Source: Minisyncoccota bacterium
GTDB taxonomy: Bacteria; Patescibacteriota; Minisyncoccia; Minisyncoccales; Minisyncoccaceae
Length of the DNA: 54,226 nt
Direction: 5' to 3'
NCBI GenBank assembly: GCA_028692745.1
Contig: JAQUWR010000002.1
Span: forward strand, 1 to 54,226
The translations under genes and the position numbers were made by a program. Shown here piece after piece: positions 25,575-35,059 of this stretch (its first letter is position 1; every line of letters starts with the position of its first letter). The notes below the pieces were generated by a model, which saw only the letters and a list, made by a program, of their open reading frames with translations, was not told where the DNA came from and made no database searches.

Positions 25575-26892
25575 TTTAGAAAAAATTGTATCTTTTTGTA
25601 AAAGAAAAGGCTTTATTTTTCAGTCTTCTGATATTTATGGTGGCATAGGAGGATTTTATGATTTTGGGCCATTAGGAGTAGAATTAAAAAATAATATAAA
25701 AAAAAGTTGGTGGAAAAAAATGGTTCAAGAGAAAAGCAATATTGTTGGGTTAGATAGTTCTATTATTGTTAATCCTAGGATTTGGGAAGCATCAGGACAT
25801 ACTTCTAACTTTACGGATCCATTAGTAGAATGCAAAGAATGCCATAAAAGATTTAGAGCTGATCATTTAGATAACATTAATAATTGTCCTGAATGTAAAG
25901 GAGAATTGATTCCACCAAGACAATTTAATTTAATGTTTAGAACCTTTATTGGTCCAGTTGAAGATAATGCTTCAATTGCTTATTTAAGACCAGAAACTGC
26001 TCAAGGTATTTTTGTTAATTATAAAAATATTATTGATACACAAAGGGTAAAGATTCCTTTTGGTATTGCTCAAATAGGAAAATCATTTAGGAACGAAATT
26101 ACGCCAGGTAATTTTATATTTAGAACCAGAGAATTTGAACAAATGGAGATAGAATATTTTATTAAGCCTGGAGAAGACGAAAAAGCATTTAATTATTTTA
26201 TTGAAGAAAGAATGAATTGGTATGTAAATGATTTAGGAATTAATAAAGAAAATTTAAGAATAAGGGAACACAAAAAAAACGAGCTAGCTCACTATGCTAA
26301 ATCTTGTGTTGATATTGAATATAATTTTCCTTATTTAGGGTGGTCTGAGATCGAGGGGATTGCCAATAGAACGGATTTTGATTTAATTCAACACGAAAAG
26401 TTTTCAGGTATTGATTTAAAATATTTTGAAGAAGAAACAAAAAATAAATATATTCCTTATGTGATCGAACCTTCTTGCGGGGTAGAAAGGACAATGTTGG
26501 CTATACTGTGTGATTCTTATAAAGAAATTGAAGGAGGAAGAACAATAACCACAGAAAAAACAAAAGAAATGGAAACTGTTTTAAAAATTAATAAAAAAAT
26601 AGCTCCTATCAAAATAGCTATACTTCCTTTGGTTAAGAACAAAGAAGATATTACAAATAAAGCAAAAGATGTTTATCAATTATTAAAATCAGAATTTGTT
26701 TGTCAATATGATGAAGTGGGAACAGTAGGAAGAAGATATAGAAGACAAGATGAGATTGGAACACCTTTTGCTGTTACGATTGATTTTGAAACATTATCTG
26801 ATGATAGTGTTACTGTAAGAGATCGAGACACAATGGAACAAAAAAGAATTAAAATAATAGACATTATTAATTATTTTAAAAATAATTTATGA
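25543..26892 (+). CDS. glyQS: Glycyl-tRNA synthetase (dimeric class II, GlyQS type)
   Basis: KRKGFIFQSSDIYGGIGGFYDFGPLG, FRNEITPGNFIFRTREFEQMEIEYF, and a C-terminal anticodon-binding domain. Confidence 0.95.
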   Translation: MIMEKKLGVNNLEKIVSFCKRKGFIFQSSDIYGGIGGFYDFGPLGVELKNNIKKSWWKKMVQEKSNIVGLDSSIIVNPRIWEASGHTSNFTDPLVECKECHKRFRADHLDNINNCPECKGELIPPRQFNLMFRTFIGPVEDNASIAYLRPETAQGIFVNYKNIIDTQRVKIPFGIAQIGKSFRNEITPGNFIFRTREFEQMEIEYFIKPGEDEKAFNYFIEERMNWYVNDLGINKENLRIREHKKNELAHYAKSCVDIEYNFPYLGWSEIEGIANRTDFDLIQHEKFSGIDLKYFEEETKNKYIPYVIEPSCGVERTMLAILCDSYKEIEGGRTITTEKTKEMETVLKINKKIAPIKIAILPLVKNKEDITNKAKDVYQLLKSEFVCQYDEVGTVGRRYRRQDEIGTPFAVTIDFETLSDDSVTVRDRDTMEQKRIKIIDIINYFKNNL

Positions 26893-27863
26893 TCAAGATT
26901 CCATATACTTTTAAAATTATTTTTCCTGTTATAGGTTGGGGAGCTCTTTGTGTTTTTTTTTCATATACCCTTGTTTTAACAGTTACTAATATTGATGAAG
27001 AGTTTTTATTTTACGGAACCCCTTTATATTTTGGATTTTTATTACTTTTCTTTTTATTAAGGTATGGATTTGGATTTTTCTATAAAGAGGCAAGAATTTT
27101 AAATAAAAGTATTTCTTATCAGCAAGAAATAAAAGGGTCACAAGAAGAAATAAAAGAAACATTAAAAGCATTAGTTGCTTTTTGTAAAAACCTTTACTCT
27201 TTTTCTTTTGCTAGCGGATTAATTTTTATTTCCATGGCGGTTTTGTTTATTGCTTTAAACTACGGAAACTTAAAAGATTTTTTAATAGTTTTAATTTCTT
27301 CTTTAGTAGGATTATTCTTTTTTGTTACATTTAGCATGTTTTTTTCTCAGCAAGCAGTTTTTCCAGTAATTAAAAAATGTAGAGAAATGATATCTCAGGA
27401 AGAAGATATTGTTTTGTCTAGCGTTAAATCAAAGTTTTATTTGCTCTTTCTGTTTCCATTTTTCTCAGTTTTAATAGTGATGATTTGTGTTTATCCGGTT
27501 GATTATAAAACTATTATTTTAGCTTTAATTGGTGTAATTATGGCTTTAATAGTTGGTAGGGTTATTTATTCATATATTTATCGTTCTTTTTCAGAGATAG
27601 AAAGATTTGGTAGAAAAGCTAATGCAAATTTTATTATAGGTAGCCTAGATAAAGAATTTGTTGAGTTAGCATCTAATTTTAGTAAGCTTTCTCAAGAAAT
27701 GAATTTATTAAAAAAACAATCAGACAAAACAGAAAAAGAAATGAAGAAAAGAATGGAAGAGTTAGAAAAGTTTTTTGACTTAACGATTGATAGAGAAAAT
27801 AAAATGGTTGATCTTAAAAAAGAAATAACAAAATTAAAAGAATGTACAAAAAAACAATCTTAA
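26889..27863 (+). CDS. Polytopic membrane protein with C-terminal coiled coil, function unknown
   Basis: About 6 TM helices followed by a K/E-rich heptad-like tail. Confidence 0.5.
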   Translation: MIKIPYTFKIIFPVIGWGALCVFFSYTLVLTVTNIDEEFLFYGTPLYFGFLLLFFLLRYGFGFFYKEARILNKSISYQQEIKGSQEEIKETLKALVAFCKNLYSFSFASGLIFISMAVLFIALNYGNLKDFLIVLISSLVGLFFFVTFSMFFSQQAVFPVIKKCREMISQEEDIVLSSVKSKFYLLFLFPFFSVLIVMICVYPVDYKTIILALIGVIMALIVGRVIYSYIYRSFSEIERFGRKANANFIIGSLDKEFVELASNFSKLSQEMNLLKKQSDKTEKEMKKRMEELEKFFDLTIDRENKMVDLKKEITKLKECTKKQS

Positions 27864-29101
27864 ATAATGGATTAAGAATTATCACTGTTCCTCAAAAAGA
27901 ATCAAAAACAGCAACAGTTTTAGTTTTAGTTGGAACTGGTTCAAAGTATGAAACAAAAGAAATCTCAGGAATTTCTCATTTTTTAGAACACATGTTTTTT
28001 AAAGGAACCAAGAGATTTAAAAAACCAAAAGATGTGGCAGAGTTTTTAGATAAAATAGGAGGAGACTTTAATGCTTTTACAGGAGAAGAATATACTGGTT
28101 ATTATGCTAAAGTTAGTGCAGAGCATTTAGACATTGCTTTTGAATGGGTTTCTGATATTTTTTTAAACTCTATTATTCCCCTAAAAGAAGTTGAAAAAGA
28201 AAGAGGGGTAATTATTGAAGAAATTAATATGTATAAAAATAATCCAATGATGTATATTGGACAATTATGGAAAGAAGTTCTTTATGGAGATCAACCAGCT
28301 GGTTGGGATATTGCTGGAACCAAAGAAACAGTATCTAGTATTACTAGAAAAAATATTTTAAATTATATTTCTAGTCAATATAATGCAAAAAATACAATTG
28401 TTTGTTTGGCTGGCAATATTAATGAAGAAGAGGCAATACAAAAAACAAAGAAATATTTTAATAAGACTAAAATAAAAAAATCAAAAGAAAAAGTAAAAGT
28501 TATTGAAAGACAAAAAGAACCACAAGCTTTATTTTTTTATAAAGATACAGAACAAACAAATTTAGCCTTAGGAGTAAGATCTTATAATATGACCCATAAA
28601 GATAAATATGTTTGCGATTTGTTGGCTATTATCTTGGGCGGAATGATGAGTTCTAGATTATTTGAAGAAATTAGAGAGAAATTAGGCGTTGCTTATTATG
28701 TTAAAACATATAATGAAGCTGATACTGATACAGGAAGCATTGTAACATTTGTTGGGGTTGATAATTTGAAATTAGAAAAAGTTATTAAAACAATATTAAA
28801 AGAATATAAAAAATTAACAGAAAAGAGAGTAAATGAAAAAGAATTAAAAAAAGCTAAAGATTACATGAAAGGTAAAATGATTCTTAATTTAGAATCTTCT
28901 CATTCTAAAGCCTATTTTTATGCGACACAAGAATTGTTAAAAAAAGAAATATTAACAATAGAAGATATATTTGATAAGATAGATAAGGTAACAGGAGAAG
29001 ATATTTTAAGAGTTGCTAAAGACATTTTTAAAAATAAAAACCTTAATTTAGCTTTAATTGGTCCTAATAAAAAACAATATAATAATTTATTAAAATTATG
29101 A
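27842..29101 (+). CDS. M16-family (pitrilysin-like) zinc peptidase
   Basis: Inverted zinc motif HFLEHMFFKGT (HxxEH). Confidence 0.85.
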   Translation: MYKKTILNNGLRIITVPQKESKTATVLVLVGTGSKYETKEISGISHFLEHMFFKGTKRFKKPKDVAEFLDKIGGDFNAFTGEEYTGYYAKVSAEHLDIAFEWVSDIFLNSIIPLKEVEKERGVIIEEINMYKNNPMMYIGQLWKEVLYGDQPAGWDIAGTKETVSSITRKNILNYISSQYNAKNTIVCLAGNINEEEAIQKTKKYFNKTKIKKSKEKVKVIERQKEPQALFFYKDTEQTNLALGVRSYNMTHKDKYVCDLLAIILGGMMSSRLFEEIREKLGVAYYVKTYNEADTDTGSIVTFVGVDNLKLEKVIKTILKEYKKLTEKRVNEKELKKAKDYMKGKMILNLESSHSKAYFYATQELLKKEILTIEDIFDKIDKVTGEDILRVAKDIFKNKNLNLALIGPNKKQYNNLLKL

Positions 29102-30111
29102 CTACAGAAACTGAAAAAGTAGATATTACTTGGTTAGCAATATTTAAATTCTTTTTTGTTTTGATTTTATTTTATTTTATTTTTTTAACTAAAGACATTC
29201 TAGTATGGGCTTTTTTAGGTCTTATTATTTCTATTTTATTTAATCCTTTAATAGAAGTTTTGGAAAAGAAAAAAATGCCCAGAGCTTTGGCTGGTTTTAC
29301 AGTTTATTTTTCTTTTCTTGTTATTGTTTCGCTTTTATTTTATTTATTGATTCCACCTATTATTGCAGAAATACAATCTTTTTCTGCTAATATGTATAAA
29401 TATCTAGAAAATCTTCCAAACATATTAACTAATATGGGTTTTGATTTGAAAAACATAGGATCTTTTATTTTAACAATTAAAGATGATTTAGTTGGTATTT
29501 CATCTAATGTTTTTGGTTTTATCGTTTCTTTGTTTGGTAGTGTTTTTGCGGGAATTACAATATTTACTTTAGCTTTATTTTTATCGATCGAAAAAGAAGA
29601 TATATTTAAAACAATAAAATCAATAGTACCCAGAAAACTAGAAGAAGATATTTTAACTGGATGGCAAAGAAGTCAAGAAAAAGTATCAGCTTGGTTTATG
29701 AGCAGAGTGGTATGTTCTATTGGCGTAGCAATTTTAACATTTTTAATGTGTGTATTTTTAAATATTAAGTTTGCAATTTCTTTATCATTGTTAGCAGGAA
29801 TTTTAAATATTATTCCTCTTGTTGGTCCAGTAGCGACTGCGCTTGTTATAGCAATAGTGGCATTATTTGATTCTGGGAATAAATTTTTATTAGTAATTAT
29901 AATTTCAATAATTATTCAACAAATAGAAGGTAATATTTTTACACCATTTTTTACTAAAAAAATGGTTGGTATTCCAACATTTTTAGTGCTTTTATCTATT
30001 CTTTTTGGAGGAAAATTATTAGGAGTTGCTGGAGCAATATTAGCTATTCCTTTGGCAGGAATACTTTATGAAACAACTAAATCGTATTTTTTATCAAAAA
30101 AGAATTCATGA
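29098..30111 (+). CDS. AI-2E/PerM-family (UPF0118) transporter
   Basis: About 8 TM helices and the IIQQIEGNIFTP block typical of the family. Confidence 0.7.
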   Translation: MTTETEKVDITWLAIFKFFFVLILFYFIFLTKDILVWAFLGLIISILFNPLIEVLEKKKMPRALAGFTVYFSFLVIVSLLFYLLIPPIIAEIQSFSANMYKYLENLPNILTNMGFDLKNIGSFILTIKDDLVGISSNVFGFIVSLFGSVFAGITIFTLALFLSIEKEDIFKTIKSIVPRKLEEDILTGWQRSQEKVSAWFMSRVVCSIGVAILTFLMCVFLNIKFAISLSLLAGILNIIPLVGPVATALVIAIVALFDSGNKFLLVIIISIIIQQIEGNIFTPFFTKKMVGIPTFLVLLSILFGGKLLGVAGAILAIPLAGILYETTKSYFLSKKNS

Positions 30112-31547
30112 AAAAAGTCTTTATATCCACAGCAATAGATTATGTTAATGGAGCTCCTCATTTAGGGCATGCTTTAGAAAAAATTCAAGCTGATGTGATT
30201 GCTAGATATCACAGGTCTTTAGGTGATGAGGTTTTCTTTTTAAGCGGAAGTGATGAAAATAGCTTGAAAAACGTTCAAAGTGCTGAAAAAGAGGGCATTG
30301 CTATTAAAGATTTAGTTGATAAAAATTATGAAAAATTTTATAATTTGAAAAAAATTCTTAATTTATCATACGATGATTTTATAAGAACCACAGAAGAAAG
30401 ACATGTTGTTGGAGCACAGAAATTATGGACTTTATGTAAAGAAGATATTTATAAGAAAAAATACAAAGGATTGTATTGTGTTGGTTGTGAAGAATTTTAT
30501 AAAGAAGAAGAGCTTGAAGATGGGTTATGTCCAGAACATAAAAAACCATTAGAATTAATAGAAGAAGAAAACTATTTTTTCAAATTAGAAAAATATGCTG
30601 ATAAAATTAAGGAACTTATTGAAAGAGATGATATTAAAATAATTCCTGAAAAAAGAAAAAATGAAATAATGAGTTTTATTAATTCAGGTCTTCAGGATTT
30701 TTGTATATCACGATCAAGCGAAAGAGCTAAGGGTTGGGGAATTAATGTTCCAAGTGACAATACTCAAAAAATGTGGGTATGGTTTGATGCTCTAACTAGT
30801 TATATTTCTGCTTTAGGTTTTGGGGGAAAAGACGAATTATTTCAAAAGTTTTGGGAGAAAGGTGACACAAGATTACACGTAATAGGAAAAGGTATTAATA
30901 GATTTCATGCTATTTATTGGCCAGCAATGCTTTTATCAGCTAAAATTACTTTACCCAAGATTCTTTTTGTTCATGGCTACATTACAGTAGATGGTCAAAA
31001 AATGTCTAAAAGTATTGGCAATGTAATTGATCCACATGAACTTGTTTCTAAATATAGTGCTGACGGAGTAAGATATTTTCTTTTAAGAGAAATGCCAGCA
31101 TTAGATGATGGAGATTTTACTTATGAAAAATATGAGAAAAGATATAATTCTGATTTAGCTTCAGGATTAGGCAATCTTTTTTCAAGGGTTATTGCTATGG
31201 TTGATAAATATGGAGAAATAGAAATTAAACCAAATGAATATACTAAAAAAGAAATTGAGAATGTTTGGAATAAATATAAAGATAAATTTATTTATTTTAA
31301 TGAAACATTAATAGAGGTATGGAGTCTTATTGGTTCTTGTGATAAATATATTGATCAGGAAAAACCATGGGAAGTAGAAGATAAAAAAGAAATACTTTCA
31401 AATCTTCTTTATTCTTTAAAAAATATTTCTCAAATGATTGAACCTTTTATGCCTGAGACAGCAATAAAAATGAAAGAGCAATTAAACGAAGAAGATGGAA
31501 TTTTTAGAGTTAAAAAAGGGGAGTCTTTGTTTCCTAAAATTTTATGA
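30108..31547 (+). CDS. metG: Methionyl-tRNA synthetase (short form)
   Basis: YVNGAPHLGHALE (HIGH), zinc knuckle CVGCEEFY..CPEH, KMSKSIGN. Confidence 0.95.
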   Translation: MKKVFISTAIDYVNGAPHLGHALEKIQADVIARYHRSLGDEVFFLSGSDENSLKNVQSAEKEGIAIKDLVDKNYEKFYNLKKILNLSYDDFIRTTEERHVVGAQKLWTLCKEDIYKKKYKGLYCVGCEEFYKEEELEDGLCPEHKKPLELIEEENYFFKLEKYADKIKELIERDDIKIIPEKRKNEIMSFINSGLQDFCISRSSERAKGWGINVPSDNTQKMWVWFDALTSYISALGFGGKDELFQKFWEKGDTRLHVIGKGINRFHAIYWPAMLLSAKITLPKILFVHGYITVDGQKMSKSIGNVIDPHELVSKYSADGVRYFLLREMPALDDGDFTYEKYEKRYNSDLASGLGNLFSRVIAMVDKYGEIEIKPNEYTKKEIENVWNKYKDKFIYFNETLIEVWSLIGSCDKYIDQEKPWEVEDKKEILSNLLYSLKNISQMIEPFMPETAIKMKEQLNEEDGIFRVKKGESLFPKIL

Positions 31548-32296
31548 TTGATACGCACGCTCATTTAAATTTTTCTCAATTTGATAAAGATAGGAAAGAT
31601 ATTATTTCTAAATGCTTGAATAAAGATATTTCAATTATTAATGTAGGGACAGATTATAAAAGTTCTTGTGATGTAATTCAGATAGCAAAAGAATATAATT
31701 TATGGGCTTCTATTGGATTGCATCCTTCTGATATTGAAGAGGGTTTTGATTGTGAAAAGTATAAAGAATTAATTTGTGATAAAGTGGTAGCTGTTGGAGA
31801 AACAGGTCTTGACTATTGGAGGAAGCCAAAAGCAAAAACAAAGAGAGAAGAATTTAAAGAAAAACAAAAACAAATATTTATTAAACAGGTTGATTTAGCT
31901 TGCGAATTGAATTTACCATTAATTATTCATTGCCGAGTTGCTTTTGACGATGTGTACAATATTTTAAAAGATAAAAACACAAAAGGCGTAATACATTCTT
32001 TTACTGGTAGTGTTGAAGATTTAAAAAAGTTTTTATCTTTAGGTTATTTTATTGGAATTAATGGTATTATTTTTAAGATGGATTTAAAGGATGTTATACA
32101 AAAAATTCCTTTGGATAAAATTCTTTTAGAAACTGATTGTCCTTTTTTGTCTCCTCCTCAATTTGAAGAAAGAAATAATCCATTGTCATTAGAAGTTATT
32201 GCCAAAGAAGTTGCAAGCATTAAAAAATGTTCTTTAGAAGAATTAATTAAAGCAACAGATAATAATGCCTTGAAATTGTTTGACAGAATTAATTAG
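31544..32296 (+). CDS. tatD: TatD-family metal-dependent hydrolase
   Basis: IDTHAHLNF, GETGLDY, IIHCR, ETDCPFL. Confidence 0.9.
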   Translation: MIDTHAHLNFSQFDKDRKDIISKCLNKDISIINVGTDYKSSCDVIQIAKEYNLWASIGLHPSDIEEGFDCEKYKELICDKVVAVGETGLDYWRKPKAKTKREEFKEKQKQIFIKQVDLACELNLPLIIHCRVAFDDVYNILKDKNTKGVIHSFTGSVEDLKKFLSLGYFIGINGIIFKMDLKDVIQKIPLDKILLETDCPFLSPPQFEERNNPLSLEVIAKEVASIKKCSLEELIKATDNNALKLFDRIN

Positions 32297-32331
32297 AAAA
32301 GATATATAAAAAAAAGTACATAGGGATTATT

Positions 32332-32460
32332 ATGGGGAATGGAAAAGAAAAAAGAAGGAGACAAAAGGTTTCTAAAAAAGAAAAACCTTCAAAAATAGTT
32401 GAAAAGTGCAGAGAAAAAACCCAAGGACAACGATCTCGTTTCAGGCAAAAAAAGACCTAA
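32332..32460 (+). CDS. Possible small basic protein (42 aa), not in ORF track
   Basis: ATG 32332 preceded by AGGGA. MGNGKEKRRRQKVSKKEKPSKIVEKCREKTQGQRSRFRQKKT. The stop lies in the loop of the terminator that follows. Confidence 0.3.
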   Translation: MGNGKEKRRRQKVSKKEKPSKIVEKCREKTQGQRSRFRQKKT

Positions 32461-32479
32461 TAAGGGTCTTTTATTTTTC
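32450..32479 (+). terminator. Rho-independent terminator
   Basis: aaaagacc / ggtctttt stem followed by a T-rich tail (ttatttttc). Confidence 0.55.
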
Positions 32480-32503
32480 TTTTCACTGTGATATCCTTAT
32501 ATT

Positions 32504-32701
32504 ATGATATCTACAGAGCTATATTTAATAAGAAAGCTTATATTTGTTTTAGCTACAGGCATTTCTACTTATGTTGTTTTAGTGCACGCTAAGCCTATAA
32601 TCGAGAGTGTTTTTAATAAAAAGTATAGCATAGATGGTTATTATTGGCTTATTGTTTTGTTTTCTCTTATTGTTGCAATAATCTCTTTGTTTATATTATG
32701 A
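32504..32701 (+). CDS. Small two-TM hypothetical protein (65 aa)
   Basis: Two hydrophobic helices. Its stop overlaps the leuS ATG (ATGA). Confidence 0.35.
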   Translation: MISTELYLIRKLIFVLATGISTYVVLVHAKPIIESVFNKKYSIDGYYWLIVLFSLIVAIISLFIL

Positions 32702-35058
32702 AGTATAATTTTAAAGAAATAGAAAAAAAATGGCAAGACTATTGGGAAAAGGAAAAAATTAATGAAGTAAAAGATTTATCTTGTCCTAAATATTATGTAT
32801 TAGATATGTTTCCGTATCCATCTGGAGCTGGTCTTCATGTTGGACACTTAAAAGGTTATGTGGCCACAGATATAGTGGCTAGACTTAAAAGAATGCAAGG
32901 GTTTAATGTTTTGCATCCAATTGGATGGGATGCTTTTGGTTTACCCGCAGAAAACTATGCAATTAAAACAGGTATTCATCCAGAAATTACCACTAAGAAA
33001 AATATAGATAATATTAGAAATCAATTTAAAGTTACAGGGCTTAGTTATGATTGGTCAAGAGAAATTAATACAACTGATCCTAATTATTATAAGTGGACGC
33101 AATGGATTTTTATAAAGATTTTTGAAAAAGGATTAGCTTATAAAAAATTACTTCCCATTAATTGGTGTCCTTCTTGTAAAACAGGCTTGGCTAACGAAGA
33201 AGTTGTTGATGGAAAATGTGAAAGATGTGGAACAGAAACAACAAAAAAAGAAATAGAACAATGGGTTTTAAAAATCACTGATTACGCAGATAAATTATTA
33301 GAGGGAATAGATTCTCTTGATTGGCCAGAAAAGATTAAAGAAATGCAAAAAAATTGGATTGGAAAAAGCCAAGGATGGGAAATAAATTTTAAAATAAACA
33401 ACATTGATGTTCCTGTTTTTACAACTAGAGCTGATACCTTGTTTGGTTGTACCTATTTAGTTTTATCTCCAGAGCATTCAATTATTAATTATTTAGATAT
33501 TGAAAATAAGGAAGAAGTTAATGAGTATATTGAAAAAGCTAAAAATAAAAGCGATAGAGAAAGAATTAGTGAGGTAAAAAATAAAACAGGAGTTGAGTTA
33601 AAAGGAATTAAAGCTATTAATCCTGTTAATCAAAAACAAATACCTGTTTTTGTTGCTGATTATGTTTTAGGTCATTATGGAACTGGAGCAGTAATGGCTG
33701 TCCCAGCTCATGACGAAAGAGATTTTGATTTTGCTAAAAAGTATAATTTAGAAATTATCTGGGTAATTGATTCAGAAAAAGACTTTGCGTTTACTGAAGA
33801 CGGAACACTTTTTAATTCAAGTGAATTTAATGGATTAAGCTCTTCTGAAGCTAGAGAGAAAATTGGAAAGTTTGTTAAGGGAGAAAAAAAAGTAAACTAT
33901 AAATTAAGAGATTGGGTTTTTTCAAGGCAAAGATATTGGGGAGAGCCTATTCCAATTATTCATTGTGAAAAATGTGGAATAGTGCCAGATTATAATTTAC
34001 CAGTTAAACTTCCTTATATTGAAAAATATGAGCCAACTGGAACAGGAGAATCTCCTTTGGCTGCAATAAATGATTGGGTGAATGTTGAATGTCCTAAATG
34101 TGGAGGTAAGGCTAAAAGAGAAACTAATACTATGCCTCAATGGGCAGGAAGTTCTTGGTATTATTTAAGATATCTTGATCCTAATAATGATAAAGAATTG
34201 GTTAATAAGGAAAAAGAAAAAGTATTTATGCCAGTTGATTTATATGTTGGAGGAGCAGAACACGCAGTTCTTCATTTATTATATTCAAGGTTTTGGCACA
34301 AGTTTTTATTTGATTCAGGGTATATTTCAACTAAAGAACCATTTTTGAAATTAAGAAATGTAGGATTGATTTTAGCTAATGATGGACAAAAAATGTCTAA
34401 GTCAAAAGGAAATGTGATTTCTCCTGATGAGATTATTGAACAATTTGGAGCAGATACTTTAAGGGTTTACGAAATGTTTATGGGTCCATTTGAACAAGCA
34501 ATTGTTTGGAACGAGCAAGGAGTTAAAGGGATTAATAAGTTTTTAAATAGATTTTGGGATTTTGTAGTAAAAAATAAAGACAATAAAGAAAGTTCAAAAG
34601 AATTAATTGCTGAGGTCAATAGATTAAACAAAAAAGTTTCAGAAGATATTGAGAAAATGAAATTCAATACATCAGTTGCTTTTTTTATGGAATTTTTAAA
34701 TTTAGTAGAAAATGAAAAAGTAGGTTCGGATGTTTTAAAAATGTTTTTACTTTTAATGTTTCCTTTTGCTCCGCATATGTGTAGTGAATTATGGGAGATT
34801 AATGGTTATGGAAATATTTTAAATGAAGAATGGCCTAAATACGATAAAGAATTAATTAAAAAAGATAAAATAGAAATAGTTATTCAAGTAGACGGAAAAG
34901 TAAGAGATAGACTAGAGATGGATGTTGATTCTTCTGAAGAAAAAGTCAAAGAAGTATCTCAAGAAAGCGAAAGAATTAAAAAATGGCTTCAAGGAAAAGA
35001 AGTGACTAGGGTTTTGTTTATCCCTAACAAATTAATTAATTTTATATTAAAGAAATAA
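32698..35058 (+). CDS. leuS: Leucyl-tRNA synthetase
   Basis: MKYNFKEIEKKWQDYW, YPSGAGLHVGHLKGY (HIGH), KMSKSKGN. The track start 32644 adds 18 non-conserved residues. Confidence 0.95.
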   Translation: MKYNFKEIEKKWQDYWEKEKINEVKDLSCPKYYVLDMFPYPSGAGLHVGHLKGYVATDIVARLKRMQGFNVLHPIGWDAFGLPAENYAIKTGIHPEITTKKNIDNIRNQFKVTGLSYDWSREINTTDPNYYKWTQWIFIKIFEKGLAYKKLLPINWCPSCKTGLANEEVVDGKCERCGTETTKKEIEQWVLKITDYADKLLEGIDSLDWPEKIKEMQKNWIGKSQGWEINFKINNIDVPVFTTRADTLFGCTYLVLSPEHSIINYLDIENKEEVNEYIEKAKNKSDRERISEVKNKTGVELKGIKAINPVNQKQIPVFVADYVLGHYGTGAVMAVPAHDERDFDFAKKYNLEIIWVIDSEKDFAFTEDGTLFNSSEFNGLSSSEAREKIGKFVKGEKKVNYKLRDWVFSRQRYWGEPIPIIHCEKCGIVPDYNLPVKLPYIEKYEPTGTGESPLAAINDWVNVECPKCGGKAKRETNTMPQWAGSSWYYLRYLDPNNDKELVNKEKEKVFMPVDLYVGGAEHAVLHLLYSRFWHKFLFDSGYISTKEPFLKLRNVGLILANDGQKMSKSKGNVISPDEIIEQFGADTLRVYEMFMGPFEQAIVWNEQGVKGINKFLNRFWDFVVKNKDNKESSKELIAEVNRLNKKVSEDIEKMKFNTSVAFFMEFLNLVENEKVGSDVLKMFLLLMFPFAPHMCSELWEINGYGNILNEEWPKYDKELIKKDKIEIVIQVDGKVRDRLEMDVDSSEEKVKEVSQESERIKKWLQGKEVTRVLFIPNKLINFILKK

Positions 35059-35059
35059 T

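Noticed and set aside
32644-32697. The upstream ATG (32644) as the leuS start.
   Set aside because: It adds 18 Cys/Phe-rich residues not found in LeuRS. The conserved N-terminus MKYNFKEIEKKWQ starts at 32698, and the extra segment overlaps the 2-TM micro-ORF.
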